DNA of 64,000 nucleotides from Lama glama (Eukaryota): contig CM052817.1 of assembly GCA_028534125.1 (NCBI GenBank), forward strand, positions 93,994,001 through 94,058,000. Direction: 5' to 3'. Below the pieces are notes generated by a model. The model saw only the letters and a list, made by a program, of their open reading frames with translations. It had not been told where the DNA came from and searched no databases. Numbering within the stretch: the stretch's first letter is position 1; each line of letters opens with the position of its first letter. This document shows, piece by piece, positions 27,391 through 40,549 of this stretch. A program made the position numbers and the translations under genes.

Positions 27391-30297
27391 AAAAAGAGGT
27401 AAATAGAGGGGAGAGGAAACGGGCATCGGTCCTTTAAATCCTCTGGAAGTCACTTTAGCTGAAGGGGGTGTAGCTTACAACAATGGGAAGAGGTGTAACA
27501 ACAATGACGACCCACCTCTTTTTCTGCACTTCTGCAATCAGACCTCAATATTTAAAGGACACAGTCTTTTATTAACCCACTTTGGCTCCCACAAGCTATG
27601 TGCAAGGTTCTCCAGGAACGTGTACACCACTGCCTGCCATATGGCTAGGGTGGGGAACAGGTAGTTGTTAATATGCTAAGAGCTTGAATTGACCAAAATT
27701 AACCACAATTTACCATCCAATATTTCCCCTGGAAATTGCAATGCTTCAATAGACTCCAGAGTTCCAAAATAGTTACATCAGACAAATTCTGCCAGGGCAA
27801 TTTTTGTCTAGTTGGAAGGACAGATTCTTGGTACTTCCTACTTTAGTATCTTCCCAGAATCCTCTATAGTGTTTTCATTATATAATATTTAATACTTTTA
27901 TAGATTTTTCCCCACAAAAATGACTCAAATATATAAATTATATTAAAAACATAACATTTTTGTATTTCATTTAAATTGTATTACTATATATCTTTTGTAC
28001 ATTTATTTCTCTAAGTCTTGAAAGTACACATTTAGGTACAAATAACTATCTTGTTCTATATAATGATGCTGTTTTCATATATCAACAGATGGCCCTTGGT
28101 AATAATGCTTTGTTGATTGTGTTAATGATATATTTTAATCATAACAGTTCCATTAAACAAACATAATCCCATGAGACAGATACTTTTGCCATGTAATAAA
28201 AACATAGTTATTTGGCTATTTCATTGTGGCACAGTGGTATTTTAAAGTGATGTGAGCAATTTAAGGGTTTTTTTTAAAAACTGGTTTTCATAAGGTTATA
28301 TTGCTTTTCTCTCTAGATTTGGTATGGTAGGGTTGGCCTTGATTAGTTCCTGGGACAGCCAAGTATTTCAGTAGATGCAAAGCTGAAAAATAGTCACTGA
28401 AATAATGAGAGTGATTTTCTGGGTAGAAAATTATAAAACAGAAAGATACAAAAGGAGGTACCCAAGAGGAGGTATTTCTCCCAACAAGAATAATGATACC
28501 CAGTTTTTTCCTGGTAAATGTTATCAATAGTTGTAAAATCTGAATAAAAGGTGAATATAGGAAAATAATTTTGATGTTCAGTTACTAAAATTAGATTATA
28601 CTTGTGGTCATTATAAATAATAAATAAAACCTTTTTGTAATAATTTAAAAGTGTATATGCCAAAGTGAACCATATGGTTAAGGCTAGTTTCACTGGTAAT
28701 TCTCACTGATGCTCACTAAGGCAAGATTTCTGAGCTATGAAAGTCAAATGAACATTCTTTTACATATAATTTAAATAGCATAGGACATCTTTTTTTAAAA
28801 AAGTGTTATTAAAATACTGTGAGTTACTAATGGGCAAATAGATCAGATGACTGAGGAAAGTAACATATCTATCTTTTGAGGGAAAGCAATTGATGGATGA
28901 TATACAAAAATAATTGATGAAGCAAAATATCACAAAGAAGTGAGAAAGGATGGACAGTATGAGCATCAAAATTAAAAAGGAGAAAGTATTTTATGCTCTG
29001 AGATTAGAAGGAAGATGGGAAATATGTGCTAAAATACAAAAAAAAAAATTTCCATTGAAGAGGGAAATTAAGGGAGTTGATGTGATAGTCCTCAATATTT
29101 CCAGTGGAGTTAGAATGAAACACACTACCAAAAAAGGCATGGATAGGAAGCTTGGGTTCTTGGGGGATATGAAATATTTAGAGATGAATAGAAAACTTGC
29201 TTAACAGCAATGAGGGCGCCACTGAGGGTGGATAACAAGATTTAGTAGTATTATCAATCAGTCTGGTTTCCTGACTTACTCTTAATAATATTTTAGCAAT
29301 GGGGGAACTGGAGTACGAGAACTGAATTATAGGGTTGACTCAGCATTTGAATCCAACTATAAAAATTTAATTGAATTAAGTAATATCTGTGGCCTGTGAC
29401 TACTGATTAGTTGAAATTCTTTCCTTTCTGTAAGAAAGATCTTTTATTAATTTTATAAAAATCTATATAGAGTTAAAGCTATTGTGGTACACATCATTGG
29501 TAAGAAACCTTGGAGTAGAAGAGATGAATCATTTAAATAACTAGAATTTGCGTCTGCTATAAGCTAAATTAGATAGATTGGTTAATTCATCCTTGTGATC
29601 CATCATTGCCAAACGATTTAACCAGAATTATAATATGGGATCTAATTATGAGATACATTAAGACAGAAAAAATTTTGGTTAGATAAATACAGTAGCACTA
29701 ACTTTACCCTATAAATGCCATTAAAAGGGAACAGGCTTTCTTTAGCTTTGGGACACTATACTTGTGGATTACATTCAAAGTCATTAAAAGCTAAGAAAAA
29801 AAATGCCTTGTTATCTTTCCATTTCAAACAAACCAATAAAGAGCCAAAAAACAATTTCTAGCTTTTCCACCAATCCAACCTTCTCTTTTCATGGGCCTCT
29901 TTGTAATATAGAAACTCTGTAAATAGTATTTACATCTATATTATGAAGAATAAGAAATATATTCCATAATCTTTTAGCTGTTTTCTTCAATGCTTTTACT
30001 AGACATTCTCTTCTCAATAACCTTACTACAACTCCTCAGTTTTCTGAACTTTCTAACATCCAGATATGGACAGTTGAGAAGGTATGTACCCTCCATTCTC
30101 TTCATCCCCTAAAGACTTTCACTGTAATTACAAATGACAGTCTAAACTACAAACTTTACCTTTTCAGATAGAAAGAAAAATAAATAAATAAAGAAGGAAG
30201 GAAGATACGAAGGGAGGGAAGGAGGGGCCTGGTTTGAAGTGTCAAATGATACGAACCATAGTTCAATAAAATCCTACAATGCTATTTTCTCTCAGCC

Positions 30298-30743
30298 TGT
30301 TAAAAAAACAAAAATTCAACCAAATAAATCTGAAGATCTAATTGGCTTTATTAGGCAAGTCATGAATCAGGTGGCAACCCATCTAACAACTAGAAGGGTT
30401 ATACAAAATGAAGTTTTTATAGGAAGAAGGGTGGGGCAAGGGAGCTATTAGCAAAAGAAAGAAAAGGATTATTTTTAGGACATGATGACCTCTTTCGTGG
30501 GGGGAAGGGAACTGCAAGGGATTTATCATGCAGATTGCCTCTTCTTCCTCTGAAGCTTGGAGAAGACCCAAGTGGCAGATTACCTCGTTGGTGCTGACCA
30601 GAAAATTCCAGACTGGTTGATTAAGGTTACATTTCTGGTGAAAGGCTGAAACTGCAATTAGGTTAGATATTAAATCTAAGTTTGGTGTCATGGACTTTAA
30701 CACAAGTGATGCCATTTTACACCTGTGATTTTTCTCTTTAACG
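30298..30743 (-). mobile_element. Solo LTR (ERV1-like)
   Basis: Inverted ends tgttaaa...tttaac(g); minus-strand AATAAA at ~30347; ~445 bp. Confidence 0.6.
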
Positions 30744-31153
30744 TCACCAACCTGATCATAAAGGGGCAAGAAGCATTTTTGTGTGCCATCATATATAAAA
30801 CACTTGATGTACACTAGATAATTTAATCCATAGAACATCCTTGGCAACAAAGGTGATGTCCTCATTTTGCAGATGGGGAAGCTGAGGTCTGTGTGTGTAA
30901 CATACCCAAGGTCATAACATAAAAGAGGGGTATAGTGAACCTACTTAGGTCTGTTTTGAAAAACAGTAATATTCCTTCTTCACTAATTTGCAACTGAAAA
31001 TAAAAAGTATGCAACATATCAAAAAACAGAAAGAATTTTTGACCTGCTTTGTCACCAATGCTTTGGTTCTTTGTTTCCCAACACGTCTACTTTTTAGAGC
31101 TAAAAGGGATACTTTAAATAAACACTCCGGATTGCTCTTCACATGAAGGTGCT

Positions 31154-31225
31154 TTAAGCACCATCTTGCTAAAATACAAATAATGAAAGCTGACTTAAGC
31201 ACCATCTTGCTAAAATACAAATAAT
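31154..31225. repeat. 31-bp perfect direct repeat, period 41
   Basis: ttaagcaccatcttgctaaaatacaaataat at 31154-31184 and 31195-31225. Confidence 0.95.
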
Positions 31226-33941
31226 TTCTTCTACACTGAAGCCTATAACAAACTATCACATCTTGTTTCATCTAAGAAATAAAGATCCCTGGTAATATAT
31301 CTTTGAGAAAGAGTATGTACAAAGCCTCAGAAGAAAGGTTAAAAAAAAATTATTTGAAACATTTAATAACCTATATGTTGGGAATGTCCACATCATCTTA
31401 AGAAAACCCTTCAATAGATGTATCTATAGATATAGAAAAGGGAGCTAACATGCATAATCCCTAAAGATTTACAATACCACTAAGAACTTATTTCCTGTCA
31501 AATCTTCCTTTAAAAACATTGATATATGCCAAATGAGCATATCCCCAGAACGATTCTTATTAAAACCAAGATTCATGATTTAATAATTATTGAGTGCTAA
31601 GTACTGGGAGATACCGTACTGGGTGCTAAGTAAGGAACAGGAAGAAAGATAAGCATGATCTCTGTCCTCAGAGAACTTAACCTCCTAGGGTAGAAGAAAG
31701 AGATTCAAAAATTACAGAAAAAAATAATCATCATTGTGATACGTGCTAGAGAGGAATACATGGTGCTCTGAGGATATTTTGTAGAATACTTGATCTATTT
31801 TGTGAAGTTAGGTAAGACTTCCTCTAAGATGGGATATTTAAATTGAGATCTGAAAGAATGAGTTAATGATACTTGAGAAAAGGGACCATTTCAGGGAAAA
31901 TCTACTATGATTAAACACTCCCACATCCACACCCACACCCATACACACACACACATGTATAGCTAGCACAATATTAAAGAGCTGATCTAAATAACTATGG
32001 AGGTTTTTTGCAACCAGAAATAATTATTTTATTTCTATAAAACATTTCAAAACTAATAATTTCCAGAAAATTTTTAAGAAAGGAAATGCAACTTAAGCCA
32101 AGTATTGGGCTCTGTACCTTGCATATTTCATTTTATTTACTGTTACAACAAAACTCTAAGGTAGCTGTTTGCAGACCCTGGTTTTATTTTCTCTGTAATT
32201 TGCCATGCCGCAGTGTGTCTTGCACACTAATTGTCATCGCAGAAACTTAAAAAAGAACTTAAACAGTAAACGATAACACTTTCAGTCCTGCTTTCCATCT
32301 AAATCTTCAAAACCTATGTGCAAATACCACATGATTTTCCATTCCAGTACTTTCCTCATTTAGCAAACTTGAGTTTTTGGACTATGCGAACACCCTAATC
32401 ACAAAACAAGTGAAACTGTAACCAAGCCATAGTCACCTGCTTTCTTGCTGTCCACCTCATTCCTACTCACATCATCCTATGATTACACAGCCCTCTCTGA
32501 AACTATCAAAGCCTTGGTTGCCCCTGACCAGAAATTTTTTCACCTCTCAAAATTCAAAAGTAGCCATGATAGTTCTGAGTTCCTGTTATAAGTAAGTGAA
32601 GAAGAGACACACAGATATAGACTTAGGGAGAAGATGAGTGAGTTGATGAAACCAAGAATTAGACCAAAATTAATATTCCCACCCACTGTTTTCTCCTGTA
32701 TCATATGTTGATTATTTTAGTCAGAATAGGGAGAACTGTTTTAATTTTTTATGTGCCTATAAATATTTATGTCTTATGTCCATTTTTTTAAGTTTAGAGT
32801 TCCTCTACCATTTCTTTATTTTGAATTCACATTCAGCCAGTTATGACTGCCTTGAACTTTTGGAATTTTTTAAAAAATCAAATTTCAAGTTTCAAATTTT
32901 GTTTGACTGTAACAATAGATAAAATGTCTATAAATCAATACGATGCTACTGCTATTCAAACTTTTCTCAGGAAAGAAGGCAGAACTTACTGCCTAGCTTT
33001 TGAGAAGGATCCTCTTAAGGTAATGAAAGTCTTTGAGACAGCAGCTATAATTGCTGTATAATGTAAATTGAAGGTAATGAATAATATACCTTGATTATCT
33101 CCAAGGTCTTCAGATTCGTTCATAACCCTGCACCCTTTACAAGGCAGACATTTTGCCAAAAGGTATTTCACTCCTGAGTAATCTAAGCCCAGCCTTGTCC
33201 TTGAATAGGCACTGAGGCTGCACATTTGTTTCATTACAGTCTCCATTCTAAACTTAAAGCTTTCATCAAAGACTTTCATCAAGATGAATCGCATTATCCC
33301 CTTTATGCCTGTTGATTTTAGTTGCCACAAAAAGCCAAAGTCAACTCTCATCTTCAGGATTCTAATTCCTATAAGGCTTGGAACATCTCCTTTTCTGACC
33401 CATTTCTCATCCCTGTCTGACACCTGATGTCTTTCCACTGGGCCCTCTGAGACTCAGTCATTAGCAAATTCGCTCTCTCTAAATATTTCTTTCACTTCTT
33501 GCTTTAAAACCTGATCAACTCTGCAGCCCTCTTCTCTCCAGTCTAAACTCCGAAACTCCACCACTACTAGGCCTGGAGTTGGAGAAGACAACTTTTCTGC
33601 TCCTTGGTGCTCCTTCCAGACCACTCTTCCTCCCTCCTCCATAAACAGGCCCATTTAAATTTTATGACATCAAAATACAGGACCAACTCCCTTTCCCTGC
33701 TGCAGCACCCAAACAATCCCCAGGCCACTCTGCCTCCACCCTACTCCTCAGAGACTTTAGTTCCTAACTCCCTGACACGGTCTCAAACCCTATTCCTATC
33801 ATAATTGTCAGTTGACTTCAATGTCCACATAGACGATCTATTCAATACACTGTCACTCAGTGCCTTGACCTCCTCTCCTCCACACTACTCCAGCTACTTA
33901 CTTGAATAGCAATACCTCAATCCTGTCTTTCCCAGTAACTA

Positions 33942-34470
33942 CAGTTGGCCCTTCTTATCTATGAGTTCTGTATCCTCTAATACAATGAGTCATGGATCGA
34001 AAATATTCCAAAAAAAATTCCGTAAAATTTCATAAAGAAAAACTTGAATTTGCTGCACACTGGCAACAATTTACATAGCATCTACAGCTGACCCTTGAAC
34101 AACATGGATCTGAATTGTGCAGGTCCACTTACATGTGGGTTTTTTTCCACTAAATACTATAGTATGACACAATCCCTTGTTGGTTGGACCTGTGGATGTG
34201 AAACTGAGAATACAGAGCGCTGAGTGTAAAGTTATACATGGATTTTCTACCACACAAAGGGTCAATGCCCCTAACCACCACAATGTTCAAGGGTCAACTG
34301 TACATTTTATTAGGTGTTATAATTAATCTGGAGACAAGGTATATAGGAGGATATGTGTAGGACATATGAAAATCCTATGTTATTTTATAGAGAGCACTTG
34401 AACATCCTTAGATTTTGGTACCCATGGGGCGTCTTGAAACCAATCTTCTGCAGATACTAAAGGATGACTG
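33942..34470 (-). mobile_element. MER2-like TcMar-Tigger element
   Basis: TA-flanked TIRs cagttggccctt / aaggatgactg; body matches recalled MER2. Confidence 0.8.
34085..34300 (+). mobile_element. Tigger2-derived MITE nested in the MER2-like element
   Basis: TIRs cagctgacccttgaaca / tgttcaagggtcaactg with TA on both sides. Confidence 0.85.
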
Positions 34471-35705
34471 TATTGCCTCTCAGTCTTCTCAATTTGAGGC
34501 ATCTCACTTTCTGACCACTATCTCCTATTTTTCCAGCTCACCACCTCTACTTGGAACCTGGAAATTTCCAACAATCCTCTGACCCCACCAGAACCTACAA
34601 TTCATTGATCCTAACATCTTTTTCATGCCTCTCACCCCCATATCGTAACTTCTATCCTTACCCAGCTTAATTGCATGGTCAGTCACAACCACTCCTTTGC
34701 ATACACTCAACTCTCCTGCGCTTCTCTTAACTCCTGCGCTTGGCTAAACCACAACCCTGGTAATGTCCAACTCTGCCTATTCCATACTTGCACTTATGCA
34801 TGTGAACATGGAGGAAACAAACAAATTGACTGGTCTCATTTACATTCATGATCTCCAACTTCAGTGGGCCCTTAATGCTGCCTGGAATCATGCTATATTT
34901 CCAGTCTCCTAAACAACTGTTACATAGCTTCATCTCTCTCCTAAAATCTCTGATTCTTCTTGCAGTCTCACTTTTAACTGATGACCTTGCTTTCTATGTT
35001 ACTGAATAAAACAGAAGCAATCAGATGAGAACTTATGTAAACTCCCACAACCACATTCACCCACCTACCTACAGCTGCTGTCTCTCCTGTTACTGAGTGA
35101 ACTTGTTCATGCTCCTAGCAAAGGGCAACCCCTCCATTTGTGTACTAGGTCTTTTCTCATCTACTCAAGGGCATTGGCTCAGAAATTCTTCCTTCTCTCT
35201 CAGGTATCAATAATTTCTCCTTTTCCTAGATTTGTTTCCATTCACCAACAAACATGCTTAAAAAAAAAAAAAAACTTTTGCTTGATCCTGCTTCGCATTA
35301 TAGCTACCACTCCATAATTTCCCCTTCTTGTTGGCAAATCTCCTTGAAAGAGTTGTTTATTCTTGCTGTCATCAATTTATTTCCCATTTTCTCGAGTCAA
35401 CTATAGGCTTTAACATTCACCACATCACTCTATCCAACCACTTATCTTTATGTTGTTAAAACCAGTACTCAGTTTTCAATCCTCATCTTATTAGACCATT
35501 TAACAATATATAATGTATTTAATTGTTTTCTTCATGTGGCTTCCAAGATACCACACTCTCTTGGTTTTCTTCCTACCACACTAATAGCTTCTTCATAGCT
35601 CCTTTTGTTGTTTCCTCCTAGTTTTCCAAATATCTTAATGTTGGAGTTCCCAACTTACAGCTATTTCTCTTCTCCTATCAAAATTAATTCCCTCAGTGAT
35701 ATCAG

Positions 35706-38700
35706 TCACCCTGCAGTGGGCAAACTAGAAATGCCAGACCTGCCTTGGTTTAATGTAGAGGAAAGGTTTCACAGGCTTAGGGAGATTGAAAAGGTACGGT
35801 GAATTTGTCATTTTAGACCTACTTTATCCATACTGGGAAGGTCCAGAAAACATACCTTTCACCACTACTGGGGGAAATAAATTTATAAGGGTAGCCCCTA
35901 CATCTTTGAAGAACTCTGTGATCACTCTTCTCTACAGACCTTACAGCGGGGACTACAGTCACTAAATTGAAAAACCTAAATGCAATGGGAGTAACTGATC
36001 TCCAGGTGGCAGGAGTCAAAGTAGTAGCCCTTAACTGCTAAAGGCAAGGTGGGGGGGGGGGGGTGGTACAGTTACCATAATGGACAGCAGAGAAGCAGCA
36101 ATCAGAATAGTCTGACTTAGACAGAGAAAGACAAGTATCATATGATATCACTTATATGTGAATCTAAAAAAAGATGCAAATTTTACTTACAAACCAGAAA
36201 TAGACTCACAGACATAGAAAACAAACTATGGTTACCAAATGAGAAAGGCTGGGAGAAGGATAAATTAGGAGTTCGGGATTAACAGATACACACTACTATA
36301 TATAAAACAAATAAACAACAAGGACCTACTACATAGCACAGGGAACTATATTCAACTTCTTGTAATAAGCTATTGTGGAAAAGAATCTGAAAATATTTGT
36401 GTATATATGTATGTATGTATAACTGAATTATTGACTGAATTAACTGAATTGCTTTGCTGTATACCTGAAACTAACATTGTAAATCAACTATGCTTCAATA
36501 AAAAAATAAAATTAAAGGGGGAAAAAAAAGAATAGTCTGACTTGCATAGACCTGGCTAACTGATCATGGTGTTGCTAGAAATGAAATGATCTGTACAAAC
36601 AGAAAAGTCCTAGGTCAAGTGAACAAAAGTCTAACCTGAATCATAAAAAAAAAAGTCACGGCACCTCATTCAGTTCCCAGACTAGAGCCAGCTGATAGAC
36701 CCAGAACCATCTGAATGAACTGCCAAAAATTTATACTGCTAATTTTTCTCCCAGCCTTCCCCAAAGTGACCTACAACCTTTTGCAAAGGTAACTGTGATT
36801 GGTAAAAAGGAAATAATTAGAGCTTTGAGGGACTACTGGACCCTAACTCAGAACTGACACTAATTCCAGGAGATCCAAAACACCACTGTGATCTACCAGT
36901 CAGAGTAGGAACTTACGGAGGTCAAGTAATCAATGGAATTTTAGCTAAAGTCTGTCTCATAGTGAATGGGCCCAGTGGGTCCCCTAACCCACTCTGTGGT
37001 TATTTCCCCAATCCCAGAATTAATTATTGGAACAAATATACTCAACAACTAGCAGAATCTCCACACTGATTCCCTGACCTGCGGAGTGAGGGCTATTCAA
37101 GTGAGAAAGACCAAGTGGAATCCAGTAGAACTGCCTCCACCTAGGAAAACAGGAAACCAAAAGCAATACCATATTTCTGGAAAGACTGCAGAGATTAGTG
37201 CCATAATCAAGGACCTGAAAGATGCAGGAGCAGTGATTCCCACCGCATCCCTATTCAACTCACCTATCTAAACTGTGCAGAAGACAGGTGGATCTTAGAG
37301 AATGACAGTGGGTTATTATGAGTTTAACCAGGTGGAGACTCCAATTGCAGTTGCTCTACCAGAGGTGGTTTCACTGCTTAAGCAAATTAACACAACCCCT
37401 GGTACCTGGTACACAGCTACTGCTCTAGCAAATGTTTTGTTTTGTTTTGTTTTCCTTTATACCTATTAGTAAAGACCACTAGAAGCAGTTTGTTTGCAGT
37501 TAGCAAGGCCAGCAGCAATACACCTTGACTCTCCTGCTTCAGGGGACTAGTTAAGTCTCCAGTCCTAAGTTAGGGGTCATAATTTAATTCACAGGTATCT
37601 TGACTGCCTTTCTCTTCCACAAGATCTCACACTGCTCCATTACATTGATAACATTACGCTGAGTGGACCTGGTGAGCAAAAGATGGACCTAGAGGAGGAA
37701 CTACTCTAGACTTAATAGTAAGACATTTCCATGCCAGAGTGAGGAATTCTCTCTACAATCAGTAGACAGAGGAAGAGAAGATTGTAGCCTGGTATACAGA
37801 TGATTTTGGACAATATGCAAGCTCCACCCAAAAGTGAATGGCTACAGCACTACAGCCCCTCGTTTTGGGACATTCCTGAAGGACAAAGGTAAAGGAAATC
37901 CTCCCAATGGGCAGACTTCGAGCGGTGAACCTGCTTGGTTCTTGGTCTGTAGCCAATCAGTTTTTCCCCAGCCACCCAAGTCATTCACTACCCAGTGGGC
38001 TCATGGACAAAGTGGCCATGGTAACAGGGATAGAGATTTTGCATGAGCTCAACAACATAGATTTCCACTCACCAAGTCCAACCCGGCTTGGCCCCTGCTG
38101 GGTGCCAAACTGCCAACAACAGAGACCAACACTGAGTCCCTGATGTGGCACCATTCCCCGGGTGGTAACCAGCCACATGGTAACAGGTTGATTAAAATGG
38201 GTTGCTTCCATCATGGAGGGGGAAATGTTTTATTCTTACTTGAATACACATTGACTGTATATAAATTTGCCTTCCCTGCAGACAACACTTCTGCCAAAAC
38301 TACCATGCATAGTTACAGAATACCTTATCCACCAACACAGTATTCTACACAGCTACTGCTTCTGATCAAGGAATTCACTTCACAGCAAATGAGGTAACAG
38401 ACCCACACTCATGGAATTCACTTGGTCTTACCATGTTTCCCACCATCCTGAAGCAGATGGCTTGACAGAATGGTGGAATAGGTTTTTGAAGTTTCAATTA
38501 CAATGAGTATCCAATATATGCTGCTGCCTCTCTCATACCCAGAATTCACAGGTCCAGAAACCAAGGGGTAGAAATGGGAGTGGCACCACTCACTATTTCT
38601 GTTAGTGACCTATTAGCAAAACATTTGCTCCCTGTTCCTATGACATTATGCCCTGCTGGCTTAGGTCTTAGTTCCAAAGGGAAGAATGCTTCCACCAGGA

Positions 38701-39375
38701 AACAAACCAATGAGTTCACTGAACTGGGAGTTAAGAATGCCATCAGGCCACTTTGGACTCCTCATATCTATGGTCAAATATACAAAGAAGGGAGTTACTG
38801 TGCTGGCTGAAGTGATTGATCCTAACTATCATGGGGAAATTGAACTGCAACTCTACAATGAAAGTAAGGAAGGTATCCTGTCTGGAATACCAGAGTTTCC
38901 TTAGGGCATCTCTTAGTATTACCACGTTCTGTGATTAAAGTCAATTGAAATCGACAACAATCCAACCCAGGCAGGACTACTAGTGGCCCAGACTCTTCAG
39001 GAATGAAGGTTTGAGTCACCCCATCAGGCAAAGAACCACAACCAGCTGAAGTATTTGCTGAAGGCAAAGGGAATGCAGAATAGATAGTGGGAAAAGGTTG
39101 TTAGAAATACCAACTATAACCACATGACCAGTTTCAGAAGCTGGACTGTAATTGTCAAAAACATTTCCTCCTTATTTCCTTATGAATTTTTGTGTAATAT
39201 ATTTGCTTATTATATACAACAAAAATACATGCTTATATACTGATACATATATATATATAACAAATATTTTGTTTTCTTTCCTCTCTTGTTCCTTTATCAT
39301 ATAACATATGATGTAACCTATAGTGTTTAAGTATTGTTAATTTTACATCTTAGTATTTAAGTTACAGGATATCAG
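35706..39375 (+). mobile_element. ERVL internal region (degraded gag-pol-integrase), no LTRs visible
   Basis: LPWFNVEE..RLREI (gag); KQYHISG..AEISA.IKDLKDAGAVIPT.S.FNSPI and HYIDNI (RT; YIDD decayed); DQGIHFT and YHPEADG-like integrase motifs; many stops and frameshifts. Confidence 0.9.
36119..36528 (+). mobile_element. L1 3' end (artiodactyl-type 3'UTR) inserted in the ERVL
   Basis: Perfect 15-bp TSD agaatagtctgactt at 36104-36118 and 36529-36543; AATAAA plus A-rich tail. Confidence 0.9.
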
Positions 39376-40549
39376 CACATTCACAAGCCTACCATTCATT
39401 CCTCTTAATGCTTTACTTTCTACATTATTTTTGTCTTCCAATGTGGCAACATTCCCAGCAAAGTCAAACTTTCTCTGCAGTTTTACCTTCCATCTATTGG
39501 AAAAGGAAAAGTTTCAAAGCTATTCCTGTGTTCTGCCATGACTGTCTTTTAGATCTATCAGTTACCTGATTTCTGTTTCATCTTCAATCTCTTCCTACAA
39601 AGTAACTCAGTCTCAAGTTTCCTCTATCCAGCTCCTATCTTCTTTAAACTGCTGCTATTTTTAAGATTATCCTAATGGATGTGTTAAGTATATTGGTGTA
39701 GCCATTTTGGAAATTGATAAAAATCAAAATACTAGCAGAGTAAACAACTTACAATCTTGTTCGTTTTTTCTATTGGACCCTTAACATGAGTCATTTCTTT
39801 GAAGTTTGTCTGTATAGGCCACTAATGTCTGATTTCACAGTTATATTAGTCAAGCCTTGACGGGACTATAATTAGGCAGTGTTTTACAATTTAAAGGCCT
39901 CTGATTAAAGGCTAAACTCTGTGAATCACTGGAAGTTAACTTGAAAGAGTGCAAGCATGATGACTGCACCTGTTCTTCTTTATTGTAAAGCCATCTTCAG
40001 TGTCTGCATACACGGAAATAATTGTGAAAATTTCACCTGGTTTTCTATTTTCAAAGCACTCTTTAATATGACACAGGCATATATATATAGAGAGAGAGAG
40101 AGAGACATAGATATATATCTATATCTATGTATAATATTTCATTCTTTTTCACCTGTCATTTTCCTTACTCTCCTCCCATCTTTTGGGACAACTTAAAAGT
40201 TTCAATATGTCACATAATTTCACTAAAATGGTATTTGCTACAGGCTTCCTGAAACAAACTCCTACTGATACCAGTCGTCTCTAAAAGTATACCGCCGCCA
40301 GTACACTCCTTACTTTAATAACCACAACGTAGGAAAAAGGCACTCACATTTAGGAACCCTAGCTCATTTCTTGAAAAATGAGCCAAGACCTTAAACGATT
40401 TCTCTTCAATCCGAATTCTGAGTTCTTTTCCTTACTTTCTCCCTAAATGCTATTCTGCTCGCCTTTCCAAAACATTCCCATTCACAAGTTTTACAATAAA
40501 TAAAACTTTCTCGGCCTTTCATAAGTACCCTGACTCGGACAGAACCGAC

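Larger units (their letters stand above)
25320..27866 (-). mobile_element. Old L1 ORF1/5' region
   Basis: 'tctcttgctgctttcaagattctctc...tttgattataatatgtctc' is typical reverse L1 ORF1. Confidence 0.7.
33440..35700 (+). mobile_element. L2 ORF2 remnant (APE endonuclease region onward), interrupted by Tigger elements
   Basis: DFNVHIDD at ~33814 and SDH motif at ~34509; pyrimidine-rich L2-like sequence. Confidence 0.75.

Noticed and set aside
35706..39375. Domesticated ERVL gag/pol gene
   Set aside because: Many stops, frameshifts, deletions, an L1 insertion and a decayed YIDD motif
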